Of a stretch of DNA of 64,000 nt, positions 31,145-41,730 are shown one piece after another. A program made the translations under genes and the position numbers. The first letter of the stretch is position 1; each line of letters opens with the position of its first letter. The DNA is from Candidatus Eiseniibacteriota bacterium. Its GTDB lineage: Bacteria; Eisenbacteria; RBG-16-71-46. The notes beneath the pieces were generated by a model. It was not told where the DNA came from and did not search any database. It saw nothing but the letters and a program-made list of their open reading frames with translations. The stretch is from positions 64,001-128,000 of the forward strand of contig CAVZLN010000004.1 in the NCBI GenBank assembly GCA_963776245.1. The letters are read 5' to 3'.

Positions 31145-32857
31145 TTGATCGCGCCTTCGACCACGACGCAGTGGGTGCTCCACCCGCGTCACGACGCCGC
31201 GCGCACCCGCGAACTCGCCGGAGCGCTCGATGCCCCGCGCGCCGTCGCCTGCGCGCTGGTGAACCGCGGCTTCGACGACCCGGAGGCGGTGCGGAGATTC
31301 CTCGATCCGTCGCTGGACGATCTGCACGATCCCGCGGCCCTGCTCGACATCGGACGCGCCGTGGAGCGCATCCACCTGGCGCTCGAGCGCAAGGAACGGA
31401 TGCTGGTCTACGGGGACTACGACGTGGACGGCATCACCTCGACCTTCCTGCTGCACAGCGCGCTCAGCGGGCTCGGCGGCGTGGTGCAGTACCGCATCCC
31501 GCACCGCACCCGGGACGGCTACGGGCTCACCGTGGAAGCCATCGAGAAGGCGAAGCGCGACGGCTTCACGCTGGTGATCACGGTGGACTGCGGTGTCACC
31601 GCGCTCGAGCCGGTGGCGCGCGCGACCGCGCTCGGGATCGACGTGGTCATCACGGACCATCACGAGCCCCCGCCCCGGCTGCCGGCGGCGGTGGCGGTGG
31701 TGAACCCGCAGCGCCCGGGATGCGCGTATCCGTTCAAGTCGCTGGCGGGCGTCGGGGTGACGTTCAAGCTGGTCGAGGCGCTGATGCGCGGGCGCGGCGG
31801 GCTCGAGCGCGCGCGCGAGTGGCTGGACGTGGTCGCGCTCGGGACCATCGCCGACGTGGTGCCGCTGGTGGGGGAGAACCGCGTGCTCGCGCGCCTCGGG
31901 CTCGACCGGCTCAACCAGGGCGGGCGCATCGGGCTGAAGGTGCTGGGCGAGGTCTCCGGGCTCGCCGGCAAGCGGATCAGCAGCGGGCAGGTCGCGTTCG
32001 TGCTGGCCCCGCGCATCAATGCCGCGGGCCGCATGGAGCGCCCGGAACAGGGCGTGATGCTGCTCCAGGCCCGCGATCGCCAGGAGGCGGCGGCGTGCGC
32101 CGAGAGTCTCGAGGACGACAACCAGGAGCGCCGCCGGCTCGATGCGGACGTGCTCGAGGAGGCGGCCCAGCGCGTCGAGACCGAGCTCGGGTGGCCGGCC
32201 TGCGCCTCCATCCTGTTGTGGTCCGACCGCTGGCACGCCGGGGTGATCGGCATCGTCGCGTCCCGGCTGGTGGACCGGTTCCGGCGCCCGACGTTGCTGG
32301 TGCGGCTCGACGGGGAGCGCGGCCGGGGCTCGGGTCGCAGCCTCCCGGGCCTCGACCTCAACCGGGTGCTCACCGATTGCGGCGACCTGCTCGAGGGCTG
32401 GGGCGGGCACGCGGTGGCCGCCGGTCTCACCGTGCGGCGCGAGCGCCTGCCGGAGCTGCGCGAGCGCTTCGAGCGCCTGGTGCGCGAGCGCGTCTCGCCG
32501 GACGACTACGTCGCGCGCCACGTGATCGACGGCGACCTGACCTTCGCGGAGTGCGATCTCCCGCTGGTGGACTGGCTCGACCGCCTCTCGCCTCACGGGC
32601 TCGGCAACCCCGAGCCGCTGTTCCGGGCCACCGGCGTGGAGGTGCGCGAGGCGACCGTGGTCGGGACCGGCAAGCACCTGCGCCTGAGGCTGAGTGACGG
32701 CACCGGCGTCGCCGAGGCCATCGGCTTCGGGCTCGGCGGCATGGCCGAGGCGGTGCGCAAGCGCGGGATCTGCGACCTCGCGTTCGTGCCGACGCGCAAC
32801 GAGTGGCTGAACCAGGTGCGGGTCCAGCTCAAGCTCAAGGACGTGCGGCTGCCGTGA
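31145..32857 (+). CDS. recJ: ssDNA exonuclease RecJ
   Basis: YGDYDVDG, R..DGYGL, ITVDCG, ITDHH, LAGVGV, ALGTIADVVPL..ENR, APRINAAGR, GSGRS, GGH..AAG. Confidence 0.96.
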   Translation: MIAPSTTTQWVLHPRHDAARTRELAGALDAPRAVACALVNRGFDDPEAVRRFLDPSLDDLHDPAALLDIGRAVERIHLALERKERMLVYGDYDVDGITSTFLLHSALSGLGGVVQYRIPHRTRDGYGLTVEAIEKAKRDGFTLVITVDCGVTALEPVARATALGIDVVITDHHEPPPRLPAAVAVVNPQRPGCAYPFKSLAGVGVTFKLVEALMRGRGGLERAREWLDVVALGTIADVVPLVGENRVLARLGLDRLNQGGRIGLKVLGEVSGLAGKRISSGQVAFVLAPRINAAGRMERPEQGVMLLQARDRQEAAACAESLEDDNQERRRLDADVLEEAAQRVETELGWPACASILLWSDRWHAGVIGIVASRLVDRFRRPTLLVRLDGERGRGSGRSLPGLDLNRVLTDCGDLLEGWGGHAVAAGLTVRRERLPELRERFERLVRERVSPDDYVARHVIDGDLTFAECDLPLVDWLDRLSPHGLGNPEPLFRATGVEVREATVVGTGKHLRLRLSDGTGVAEAIGFGLGGMAEAVRKRGICDLAFVPTRNEWLNQVRVQLKLKDVRLP

Positions 32858-35067
32858 GCGGCACCGAGGGCGTCCCGCACCCCGAGCTCCGCGCGACCCT
32901 CCTCGCGGCGATCGACGAGCGCGCCCCGCGTGTGGACCGCGACCGGATCGCGGCGGCGTTCGACTTCGCGTCGCACGCGCACGGCGACCAGCTGCGGGTC
33001 TCGGGCGAGCCGTTCATCACCCACCCGGTCGCAGTGTGCATGATCCTGCTCGACCTGTTCGAGGCGCGCCTGGACACCTCGCTCGGCGCCGCGGCGCTGC
33101 TCCACGACGTGGTGGAGGACACCGACGCCAGCGGTGAAGATGTCGAGAAGCGCTTCGGCAAGGAGATCGCGGGCCTGGTCGAAGGGGTGACCCGGCTGGC
33201 GGGCGTGCACTTCGACAGCCGCGAGGCCGAACAGGCGGAGAACTTCCGCCGCATGCTGCTGTCCATGTCGCGGGACCTGCGCGTCATCTTCATCAAGCTC
33301 GCCGACCGGCTCCACAACATGCGCACGCTCGACTCGCTCGACGACGCGCGGCGCGCGCGCATCGCGGCCGAGAGCCGGGACATCTACGCCGCGCTCGCGC
33401 ACCGGCTCGGCATGGCCGGCATCAAGCGCGAGCTCGAGGACCTGAGCCTCAAGGTGCTCGAGCCCGCGGCCTACCGGGACCTCGCGGCGCGGATCCAGGC
33501 CAAGCGCGAGGAGCGCGAGCGCTTCCTGGCGGGGGTGAAGGGGCGGCTCGAGGAGGGCCTGCGGGCGGCCGGGGTGCGGGCGGAGGTGGTGGGGCGCCCG
33601 AAGCACTTCTACTCGATCTTCAACAAGATGCATTCGGGCCGCGACTTCGAGACCATCTACGACCTGTTCGGGCTGCGCATCATCACCCACACGCGCAATG
33701 ACTGCTACCGCGCGCTGGGCGTGGCGCACGACCTGTTCACGCCGGTGGCCGAGCGCTTCAAGGACTACATCGCGACCCCCAAGAGCAACATGTACCAGTC
33801 GCTCCACACCACGGTGCTCACGCGGGACGGCGAGATGGTCGAGGTGCAGATCCGCACCCGCGACATGCACCGCGTGGCCGAGACCGGCATCGCCGCGCAC
33901 TACGTGTACAAGCAGGGCGTGCGCGTGGACGAGGAGCTGGACGCGAAGCTCGGCGGGTTCGTGACCCAGACCGCCGACTGGCAGCGCACCGCCAACGATG
34001 CCGAGTACATGGAGTTCCTGCGCACCGCGCTCTACCAGGAGGAGGTGTTCGTCTACACCCCGCGCCGGGAGCTCAAGCGCCTGCCGAAGGGCGCCACGCC
34101 GCTCGACTTCGCGTTCCTCATCCACACCCAGGTGGGCCAGCGCGCGGTGGGCGCGCGGGTGAATGACGAGCTGGTGCCGCTGCGCTACGAACTGCGCAAT
34201 GGCGACACGGTGGAGATCATCACCTCGTCGCAGGCCCAGCCGAGCGAGGACTGGCTCCAGATCGTGCGCACCACCGGCGCGCGCAGCAAGATCCGCGCGT
34301 GGCTGCGCCTGCGCCGCCATGCCGACAGCGTCTCGCTCGGCCGCGAGATGCTCGAGCGCGAGCTCAAGCGCGTGCACCTCAAGGACGACGACGAGGCGCT
34401 GGCCGAGATCGCGCGCGGGCTCGGCCTCGAGGACGTGGAGACGCTGCTCGCGCGGCTCGGCGAGGGCCAGCTCTCGCTCACCCAGGTCGTGCGCAAGCTG
34501 CAGCCGGCGAAGGAGGGCTTCGCCGAGCGCATGGCCAAGGGGCCGCTCGAGGCGCTCGGATTCACGCGCAAGGCCACCGGCGGGGTGCGCATCGCCGGGC
34601 TCGACAACGTGATGATCACGTTCCCCCGCTGCTGCCAGCCGGTGCCGGGCGATCGCGTGGTGGGCATCGTCACCCTCGGGCGCGGGGTGTCGGTGCACCG
34701 GGTGGACTGCCCCAACACGTTCTCCCCGCGGGTGCAGCCGGAACGCAAGGTGAGCGTGGAGTGGGACGCGCGCCTCGGCGAGACCTTCCCGGTGCGGCTG
34801 GTGGTGTACGGGCAGGACCGCCCGGCGCTGCTGGCGGACATCGCGAAGGCGATCGCCGCGGTGCCGGTGAACATCAAGCAGGCGGGCATGGCGAGCGAGG
34901 ACCGGACGGTGCGCGGGGTGTTCGTGGTGGAGGTCCCGCACCTCGCCCGGCTCCAGGAGGTCATCAACGCGGTGCGGCGCGTGCGCGGCGTGTCGCGCGT
35001 GGAGCGCCGCCAGCGCCTGGTGCGCGACCGCCCCGCGAGCCCGCCGCAGGCGGACGAGGACGCATGA
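32854..35067 (+). CDS. rel: Bifunctional (p)ppGpp synthetase/hydrolase Rel (RSH)
   Basis: AHGDQ.R.SGEPFITHP, LLHDVVED, IKLADRLHNMRTL, RFKDYIATPK.N.YQSLHT, EVQIRT, TGS, CC.PVPGD, ACT. Confidence 0.96.
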   Translation: MSGTEGVPHPELRATLLAAIDERAPRVDRDRIAAAFDFASHAHGDQLRVSGEPFITHPVAVCMILLDLFEARLDTSLGAAALLHDVVEDTDASGEDVEKRFGKEIAGLVEGVTRLAGVHFDSREAEQAENFRRMLLSMSRDLRVIFIKLADRLHNMRTLDSLDDARRARIAAESRDIYAALAHRLGMAGIKRELEDLSLKVLEPAAYRDLAARIQAKREERERFLAGVKGRLEEGLRAAGVRAEVVGRPKHFYSIFNKMHSGRDFETIYDLFGLRIITHTRNDCYRALGVAHDLFTPVAERFKDYIATPKSNMYQSLHTTVLTRDGEMVEVQIRTRDMHRVAETGIAAHYVYKQGVRVDEELDAKLGGFVTQTADWQRTANDAEYMEFLRTALYQEEVFVYTPRRELKRLPKGATPLDFAFLIHTQVGQRAVGARVNDELVPLRYELRNGDTVEIITSSQAQPSEDWLQIVRTTGARSKIRAWLRLRRHADSVSLGREMLERELKRVHLKDDDEALAEIARGLGLEDVETLLARLGEGQLSLTQVVRKLQPAKEGFAERMAKGPLEALGFTRKATGGVRIAGLDNVMITFPRCCQPVPGDRVVGIVTLGRGVSVHRVDCPNTFSPRVQPERKVSVEWDARLGETFPVRLVVYGQDRPALLADIAKAIAAVPVNIKQAGMASEDRTVRGVFVVEVPHLARLQEVINAVRRVRGVSRVERRQRLVRDRPASPPQADEDA

Positions 35068-35525
35068 GAGCGCTGGTCCAGCGCGTCGACGGGGCGCGCG
35101 TCACGGTGGGAGGGGAGGTGACCGGCGCGATCGGCCCGGGGCTGCTGGTGCTGCTCGGCGTCACCCACGGGGATGGCCCCGCGGACGCCGATCGGCTGGC
35201 GCAAAAGGTGGCCGGCCTGAGGGTGTTCGAGGCCGAGGAGGGGCGCCTCGATCGCGATGTGCGCGAGACCGGCGGGGGCGCGCTGGTGGTCCCGCAGTTC
35301 ACGCTCTACGGGGACACGCGCCGCGGCCGGCGGCCGGACTTCGCGCAGGCCGCCCGGCCCGAGCACGCGGAGCCGCTCTACGAGCGCTTCTGCGCCGCCC
35401 TCACGGCCGCGGGTGTGCCGGTCGCGCGCGGGGTGTTCCGCGCCCGGATGCGGGTCGAGCTGACCAACGACGGGCCGCTCACCCTGCTGGTCGAGAGCGA
35501 GCCGCGCGGCGGGGGGCCCGGATGA
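35064..35525 (+). CDS. dtd: D-aminoacyl-tRNA deacylase
   Basis: MRALVQRV, GLLVLLG, PQFTLYGD.RRGRRPDF, G.F.A.M.V.LTNDGP. Confidence 0.95.
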   Translation: MRALVQRVDGARVTVGGEVTGAIGPGLLVLLGVTHGDGPADADRLAQKVAGLRVFEAEEGRLDRDVRETGGGALVVPQFTLYGDTRRGRRPDFAQAARPEHAEPLYERFCAALTAAGVPVARGVFRARMRVELTNDGPLTLLVESEPRGGGPG

Positions 35526-36118
35526 AGCGGTCCCGGGCGGCGAGCGTGTTCTACGGCGGGCATTCGCCGCTGGTGCTGGCGTCGGCGTCGCCGCGCCGCG
35601 TGGCGCTGCTCCGCCAGGTGGGCGCGATGTTCACCATCGTCGATCCCGGGCCCGACCGGCGCTGGCCCGGCGGGGCCGCGGCACGCCACGGCGTGCGGGC
35701 GCTGGCGCTCGACAAGGCGCGCCGGGTGGCGGGGCAGCGCCCCGGGTGCGTGGTGGTGGGCGCGGACACGGTGGTGATGGTGCGCGGAAGCCGGCTGGGG
35801 AAGCCCGAGACCGCCGAGCAGGCGGTCGAGATGCTCCGCCGCCTGCACGGGCGCACCCACGAGGTGTGGACCGGGATCGCGGTGGTGCGGGACGGCGAGC
35901 AGCGCACCGCGGCCGAGTGCACCCGGGTGCGCTTCGCCCGTCTCACCGAACCCGAACTGGCCGCGTACGTCGCCCTCGGGGAGTCGCTGGACAAGGCCGG
36001 GGCGTACGCCATCCAGGGCGCGGCCGCGCAGTTCGTGCGCGGCATCGAGGGGGACTTCTTCAACGTGGTGGGCCTGCCGCTGGCGCGCCTGAGGGCGGTG
36101 CTGCGGGAGTTCGCCTGA
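35522..36118 (+). CDS. maf: Maf/YhdE nucleotide pyrophosphatase
   Basis: LVLASASPRR, GADTVV, LGKP, H.V.TG, DKAGAYAIQG, IEGD..NVVGLP. Confidence 0.93.
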   Translation: MKRSRAASVFYGGHSPLVLASASPRRVALLRQVGAMFTIVDPGPDRRWPGGAAARHGVRALALDKARRVAGQRPGCVVVGADTVVMVRGSRLGKPETAEQAVEMLRRLHGRTHEVWTGIAVVRDGEQRTAAECTRVRFARLTEPELAAYVALGESLDKAGAYAIQGAAAQFVRGIEGDFFNVVGLPLARLRAVLREFA

Positions 36119-36161
36119 GGCGCCCGGGGCCCGGCGGGGCCCCGGCCGGCGAGCGGGAACC

Positions 36162-36191
36162 TTGACAGCCCTTCGGGCAAATGGCTAGTCT
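36162..36191 (+). promoter_or_regulatory. Promoter of rplM-rpsI
   Basis: TTGACA-N18-TAGTCT. Confidence 0.7.
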
Positions 36192-36212
36192 CCAGCGTTT
36201 GTGATGGATAGC

Positions 36213-36271
36213 GACGGCATCCCGGACGGTCCGGCGCGGGGGTTCCCCGCGTCCGGCGTGGGGTGACCGTC
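36213..36271 (+). promoter_or_regulatory. Structured 5' leader of rplM (possible autogenous control element)
   Basis: Nested pairing GACGG/CCGTC, ATCCC/GGGGT, CCGG-CGCGGGG-GTT-CCCCGCG-T-CCGG. Confidence 0.4.
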
Positions 36272-36296
36272 ATCCCGTGTGCAGACGGAGGAAGGC

Positions 36297-36728
36297 ATGA
36301 AGAGCTATACGGCCCGCCCGGACGACATCCACCGCGAATGGCTGGTGGTGAACGCCGAGGGCAAGACGCTCGGGCGGCTCGCGACGCAGGTCTCCAGCGT
36401 GTTGCGGGGCAAACACAAGCCGATCTACACCCCGAGCATGGACACCGGCGACCACGTCGTGGTGATCAACGCGGAGAAAGTGGCGCTCACCGGGCGCAAG
36501 CTCGAGGACCGGCGCATCTTCAGCCACAGCATGTACCCGGGCGGCATCAGCTGGACCAAGCTCACCGAGGTCATGGCGAAGCATCCCGAGCGCATCATCG
36601 AGCGCGCGGTGCGTGGCATGATGCCGAAGACCAAGCTCGGACGGGCGATGATGAAGAAGCTCAAGGTGTACGCGGGCGCGGAGCACCCGCACGCGGCGCA
36701 GCAGCCGCGCGCGTGGGATCCGGCGTGA
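36297..36728 (+). CDS. rplM: 50S ribosomal protein L13
   Basis: [58 protein letters not shown]. Confidence 0.98.
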   Translation: MKSYTARPDDIHREWLVVNAEGKTLGRLATQVSSVLRGKHKPIYTPSMDTGDHVVVINAEKVALTGRKLEDRRIFSHSMYPGGISWTKLTEVMAKHPERIIERAVRGMMPKTKLGRAMMKKLKVYAGAEHPHAAQQPRAWDPA

Positions 36729-36748
36729 CCCCACAGCGCGAGGAGACG

Positions 36749-37147
36749 ATGGCGACCGAGACCCTGAACAAGCCGCGCACCGGCCGCCGGAAGGAGTCCG
36801 TGGCGCGCGTGCGCCTGGTCCCCGGCACCGGCAAGCACATGATCAACGCCCGCACCCCGTTGGACTACCTGAAGCGCGAGACGCTGGTGACCGCCGCGTA
36901 TCACGCGCTCACGGTGACCAACACCGCGGGCAAGTACAGCGTCGTCGCGCTCTGTCACGGCGGCGGGCTCACCGGCCAGGCGGGCGCGCTGCGCCAGGCC
37001 ATCGCACGCGCGCTCGTGACGTCGGACGAGTCGCTGCGTCCGCTGCTGGGCCGCGAGGGCCTGCTGACCCGGGACTCGCGCATGAAGGAGCGGAAGAAGT
37101 ACGGACAGCCGGGGGCTCGCAAGCGCTTCCAGTTCAGCAAGCGCTAG
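36749..37147 (+). CDS. rpsI: 30S ribosomal protein S9
   Basis: TGRRKESVARV, GGGLTGQAGALR..IARAL, LLTRDSR.KERKKYG..GARKRFQFSKR. Confidence 0.98.
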   Translation: MATETLNKPRTGRRKESVARVRLVPGTGKHMINARTPLDYLKRETLVTAAYHALTVTNTAGKYSVVALCHGGGLTGQAGALRQAIARALVTSDESLRPLLGREGLLTRDSRMKERKKYGQPGARKRFQFSKR

Positions 37148-37204
37148 CCGGCGGCGGGTCGCTCCCGGGTGCTGCTCGGGGAGCCGGACATCTGAGGCAA
37201 CACC

Positions 37205-37292
37205 ACTACACACGTCCCGGCCGCGCGCCGGGGTCCCCGCGGATCCTCGCGGGGTGTGGCGCGCACCCAGGTCCGGGGCGGAGGCGGAACCC
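37205..37292 (+). promoter_or_regulatory. rpsB (S2/t44-like) leader RNA
   Basis: ACACACG...CCGGGGT...hairpin CCCCGCG-GATCCT-CGCGGGG...GGAGGCGGAACCC layout upstream of rpsB. Confidence 0.6.
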
Positions 37293-37306
37293 TGAAGGGA
37301 GGAGTC

Positions 37307-38077
37307 GTGTCGGACATCAGCATGAAGGACCTGCTCGAAGCGGGAGTGCACTTCGGGCACCAGACGCGCCGCTGGAACCCGCAGATGAAGAAGTTCATCT
37401 TCATGGAGCGGAACGGCATCTACATCATCGACCTCCAGCGCACGCTGAAGTGTCTCCAGGAGGCGAACAACGCCATCGACCGCGTGGTGCGCGCCGGCGG
37501 CCACGTCCTGTTCGTCGGCACCAAGAAGCAGGCGAAGCCGATCATCCTCGAGGAATCCAAGCGCGCCAGCCAGTTCTACGTGACCGAGCGCTGGCTCGGG
37601 GGCATGCTCACCAACTTCCGCACCATCAAGGCGAGCATCACCCGGCTCAAGGAACTCGACCGGATGGCGGCGGACGGCACCTTCGAGAAGCTCTCGAAGA
37701 AGGAGGTCTCGCGCCTCTCGCGTGAGCGCGAGCGCCTCGAGTTCGCCTTCTCGGGCATCAAGGAGATGCCGGGCCTCCCTTCGATCCTGTTCGTGGTGGA
37801 CACCAAGAAGGAGAAGATCGCGGTCGCCGAGGCCAACCGGCTGGGGATCCCGATCGTCGGCGTGGTGGACACCAACTGCGATCCGACCGTGATCGACTAC
37901 CCGATCCCGGGCAACGACGACGCGCTCCGCGCCATCCGGCTGTTCACGCATCACGCCGCGGACACCATCCTCGCGGGCCGCGCGGCCGCGCGGGACGGCT
38001 CGGGCCAGGAGACGGTGTCGTTCGGCGGCGAGGAGACCGAGGCCGAGGGCACGGCGACGGTGCCGACCACCGCCTGA
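37307..38077 (+). CDS. rpsB: 30S ribosomal protein S2
   Basis: [52 protein letters not shown]. Confidence 0.98.
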   Translation: MSDISMKDLLEAGVHFGHQTRRWNPQMKKFIFMERNGIYIIDLQRTLKCLQEANNAIDRVVRAGGHVLFVGTKKQAKPIILEESKRASQFYVTERWLGGMLTNFRTIKASITRLKELDRMAADGTFEKLSKKEVSRLSRERERLEFAFSGIKEMPGLPSILFVVDTKKEKIAVAEANRLGIPIVGVVDTNCDPTVIDYPIPGNDDALRAIRLFTHHAADTILAGRAAARDGSGQETVSFGGEETEAEGTATVPTTA

Positions 38078-38100
38078 TCACCGCTGCACACGAACCTTTC

Positions 38101-38134
38101 GGCGCCCGCCCGTGGTCCCACGCGGGCGGGCGCC
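38101..38134 (+). terminator. rpsB-tsf intercistronic inverted repeat (attenuator or stabiliser)
   Basis: GGCGCCCGCCCG-N10-CGGGCGGGCGCC. Confidence 0.55.
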
Positions 38135-38163
38135 GCGACGCATAGACGAGGAGCCGAGACGCG

Positions 38164-38760
38164 ATGACGATCACTGCCGATCAGGTGAAGCAGCTCCGGG
38201 AGCGCACCGGAGTGGGGATGATGGAGTGCAAGAAGGCGCTGACCGAGAGCGGGGGCGACTTCGAGAAGGCCGTGGACGCGCTGCGCCGGGCCGGGGCGGC
38301 CAAGGCCGAGAAGCGCGCCGAGCGCGGCGCGAGCGAAGGCCTCGTCGAGGCGTACATCCACCCGGGCAACCGCGTGGGCGTGCTCATCGAGGTGAACTGC
38401 GAGACCGATTTCGTCGCCCGCACCGCGGAGTTCGCGGCGCTGGTCCGCAACCTCGCGATGCAGGCCGCCGCCGCGGGCGCGGACTACGTGCGCCGCGACG
38501 AGGTGCCCGCCGAGCGCCTCGAGCGCGAGAAAGCGATCTACCGCGCGCAGCTCGAGGACCAGAAGAAGCCCGCCGCGATCCTCGACAAGATCGTCGAAGG
38601 CAAGGTGGACAAGTACTTCTCGGAGGTCTGCCTGCTCGATCAGCCGTACATCAAGGACGACAAGGTCAAGGTGGCGGACCTGGTGAAGGAGGCGATCGCG
38701 AAGACCGGCGAGAACATCGTGGTGCGCCGCTTCGCGCGCTTCCGGCTCGGCCAGGAGTAG
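38164..38760 (+). CDS. tsf: Elongation factor Ts (short form)
   Basis: VKQLRERTG.GMMECKKAL, EG....YIH, EVNCETDFVA, LL.Q.YIKD. Confidence 0.97.
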   Translation: MTITADQVKQLRERTGVGMMECKKALTESGGDFEKAVDALRRAGAAKAEKRAERGASEGLVEAYIHPGNRVGVLIEVNCETDFVARTAEFAALVRNLAMQAAAAGADYVRRDEVPAERLEREKAIYRAQLEDQKKPAAILDKIVEGKVDKYFSEVCLLDQPYIKDDKVKVADLVKEAIAKTGENIVVRRFARFRLGQE

Positions 38761-38766
38761 CCGGTC

Positions 38767-39480
<714 letters not shown>

Positions 39481-39484
39481 AGAC

Positions 39485-40045
39485 ATGGTCGTGAACAAGA
39501 TCCTGTACGACACCGAAGAGCGCATGAAGAAGCAGATCGAGGCGGTCCGTCGGGAGCTCGCCGGGATCCGTACCGGCAAGGCATCGCCGAGCCTGCTCGA
39601 CACGGTCAAGGTGGAGGCCTACGGCACGCCCACCCCGCTCAACCAGCTGGGTTCGGTGACCGCGCCGGAGCCGCGGCTGCTGGTGGTGCAGCCCTGGGAC
39701 AAGGGCCTCATCAAGGCGATCACGCGCGCCCTCCAGCAGTCCGACCTCGGGCTCAATCCGACCGACGACGGCAGCGTGGTCCGGGTCCCGATCCCTTCGA
39801 TGACGGAGGAGCGGCGGCGGGACATCGTCAAGGTGATCGCGAAGCTGGCGGAAGAGGGGCGGGTCCACGTGCGCCAGGTGCGGCACGACGTGAACAAGGA
39901 CATCAAGCACCAGGAGACCGAAGGCGTCATCGCGCAGGACGAGTCCAAGCGGCTGGTCGCCGAGGTCCAGAAGCTCACCGACCGCTCCGTCGAGCAGATC
40001 GACGAGCTGCTGAAGAAGAAGACCGCCGAGGTCATGGAAGTCTGA
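39485..40045 (+). CDS. frr: Ribosome recycling factor
   Basis: IRTGKASPSLLD.V.V.AYG...PLNQ, QPWDK, DLGLNP, P..TEERR. Confidence 0.97.
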   Translation: MVVNKILYDTEERMKKQIEAVRRELAGIRTGKASPSLLDTVKVEAYGTPTPLNQLGSVTAPEPRLLVVQPWDKGLIKAITRALQQSDLGLNPTDDGSVVRVPIPSMTEERRRDIVKVIAKLAEEGRVHVRQVRHDVNKDIKHQETEGVIAQDESKRLVAEVQKLTDRSVEQIDELLKKKTAEVMEV

Positions 40046-40098
40046 CCCTCCGGTCGTCCTGGTCCGCCGTCCCGCCCCGGGCGGCACAGGGAGGAGCG

Positions 40099-40842
40099 TT
40101 GCCGGCCCGAACACCGTCGCTCGAGGAGTTGCAGCGCCGTGGCAACCTGCCGCGGCACGTCGCCATCATCATGGACGGGAACGGACGCTGGGCGAAGGCC
40201 CGCGGCGTCCCGCGCCTGATGGGGCACCGGGCCGGCCGGGAGTCCGTGCGCGAGGTGGTGAAGGGCTGCGTGGCCCTGAAGGTCGAGGTGCTCACGCTCT
40301 ACACGTTCTCGATCGAGAACTGGAACCGCCCCGCCACCGAGGTCCGCGCGCTGATGGCGATCCTGCGCCAGACGCTGCGCGAGGAGCGCGCGGACCTGAA
40401 GCGCCAGAACGTGCGCTTGCAGGTGGTCGGCCGCACCGCCGACCTGCCGGCGTCGGTGCGCAAGGCGATCGCCGAGACCCAGGGATTCCTCGCGTCGTGC
40501 GACGGGATGCTGCTCAACCTGGCGCTCTCCTACAGCGGCCGCGCCGAGATGACCGACGCGGTGCGGCGCATCCTGGCCGACGCGGCCGACGAGCCGATGG
40601 ATCCCCAGCGGATCGACGAGGAGTTCGTCGAGTCCTATCTCTACACCGCCGGGCTGCCCGACCCCGACCTGCTCATCCGCACCAGCGGCGAGATGCGGCT
40701 CTCGAACTTCATGCTGTGGCAGATGGCGTACAGCGAGCTGTGGATCACCGATACCCTGTGGCCCGACTTCCGCCGCGAGCACCTCTACCGCGCGATCGCG
40801 GATTTCCAGGGCCGCGAGCGGCGCTTCGGGCGGGTGGATTGA
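40099..40842 (+). CDS. uppS: Undecaprenyl diphosphate synthase
   Basis: PRHVAIIMDGNGRWA, FSIENWNRP, DLLIRTSGE.RLSNF.LWQ. Confidence 0.97.
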   Translation: MPARTPSLEELQRRGNLPRHVAIIMDGNGRWAKARGVPRLMGHRAGRESVREVVKGCVALKVEVLTLYTFSIENWNRPATEVRALMAILRQTLREERADLKRQNVRLQVVGRTADLPASVRKAIAETQGFLASCDGMLLNLALSYSGRAEMTDAVRRILADAADEPMDPQRIDEEFVESYLYTAGLPDPDLLIRTSGEMRLSNFMLWQMAYSELWITDTLWPDFRREHLYRAIADFQGRERRFGRVD

Positions 40843-41720
40843 GCGCGGGACCGCCCGCGGCGGCGATCCCGCCGGCCAAGTCCTCGTCGTGGTCCCTCCG
40901 GCTGCGGGTGGTGACCGGCGTGCTGTTCGTGCCGCTGCTGGTGCTGATGGCGCGCGCCGGCGGGCTGGTGTGGTGGAGCCTCGTCGCCCTCCAGGTCACG
41001 GTCGGGCTCGCCGAGTTCTGGGGGATGATGCGGCGCAAGGGCCTGGCGCCCTACCGCCTGCTCGGCCACCTCGCCGGGATCGGGACGCTGTGGTGGACGT
41101 TCCGGCCGCACTGGCCGCACCTGGACTTCCTGGTCACCGCGGTGGTCCTGCTCACCCTCGCCTTCGAGCTGAGAAGGCCCGAGCAGCGCCAGCGCGTCGA
41201 GAACATGGCGGTGACGCTGTTCGGCGTGCTCTACGTGGGCTGGCTATCCGCGCATCTCGTCATGCTGCGCGAACTGCCGTGGCGCGCCGGCACCGACTAC
41301 GCCGATGGCGCGCGTTACGTGCTGCTGGCGTTCTTCGTGACGTGGTCGTGCGATACCGGGGCGTACGCCTTCGGTCGCCTGTTCGGGCGCGTCAGGCCGT
41401 GGGCCGCGATCTCGCCCCGCAAGTCGGTGGAGGGTGCGGCCGGTGGCCTGGCCATGGCGGTGGTGGCCGCGTGGGTGGCGCGGGCGTGGTTCGCGCCCTT
41501 CCTGTCCCTCGGCGACGCCATCGCGGTCGGGTTGCTGGCCGGCGTGTTCGGACAGGTCGGCGACTTCGTCGAATCGCTGCTCAAGCGGGATTCGCGCGAG
41601 GGCGACTCGTCCCAGTTCATCCCCGGACACGGTGGCGTGCTCGATCGGTTCGACAGCCTCTACTTCGCCGCGCCCGTGATCTTCTACTACCTCAAGGTCG
41701 CGGTCTTCCAGGTCCCGTGA
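40839..41720 (+). CDS. cdsA: Phosphatidate cytidylyltransferase
   Basis: DTGAY..G, ISPRKSVEG, GD.VESLLKR, KD-like 'GDSS.FIPGHGGVLDRFDS'. Confidence 0.94.
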   Translation: MSAGPPAAAIPPAKSSSWSLRLRVVTGVLFVPLLVLMARAGGLVWWSLVALQVTVGLAEFWGMMRRKGLAPYRLLGHLAGIGTLWWTFRPHWPHLDFLVTAVVLLTLAFELRRPEQRQRVENMAVTLFGVLYVGWLSAHLVMLRELPWRAGTDYADGARYVLLAFFVTWSCDTGAYAFGRLFGRVRPWAAISPRKSVEGAAGGLAMAVVAAWVARAWFAPFLSLGDAIAVGLLAGVFGQVGDFVESLLKRDSREGDSSQFIPGHGGVLDRFDSLYFAAPVIFYYLKVAVFQVP

Positions 41721-41730
41721 GCGCGCGAGC

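Noticed and set aside
38164..38760. Short 198-aa EF-Ts as a truncated gene
   Set aside because: The short form is a known normal variant (for example Thermus and cyanobacteria), and the ORF has complete termini.
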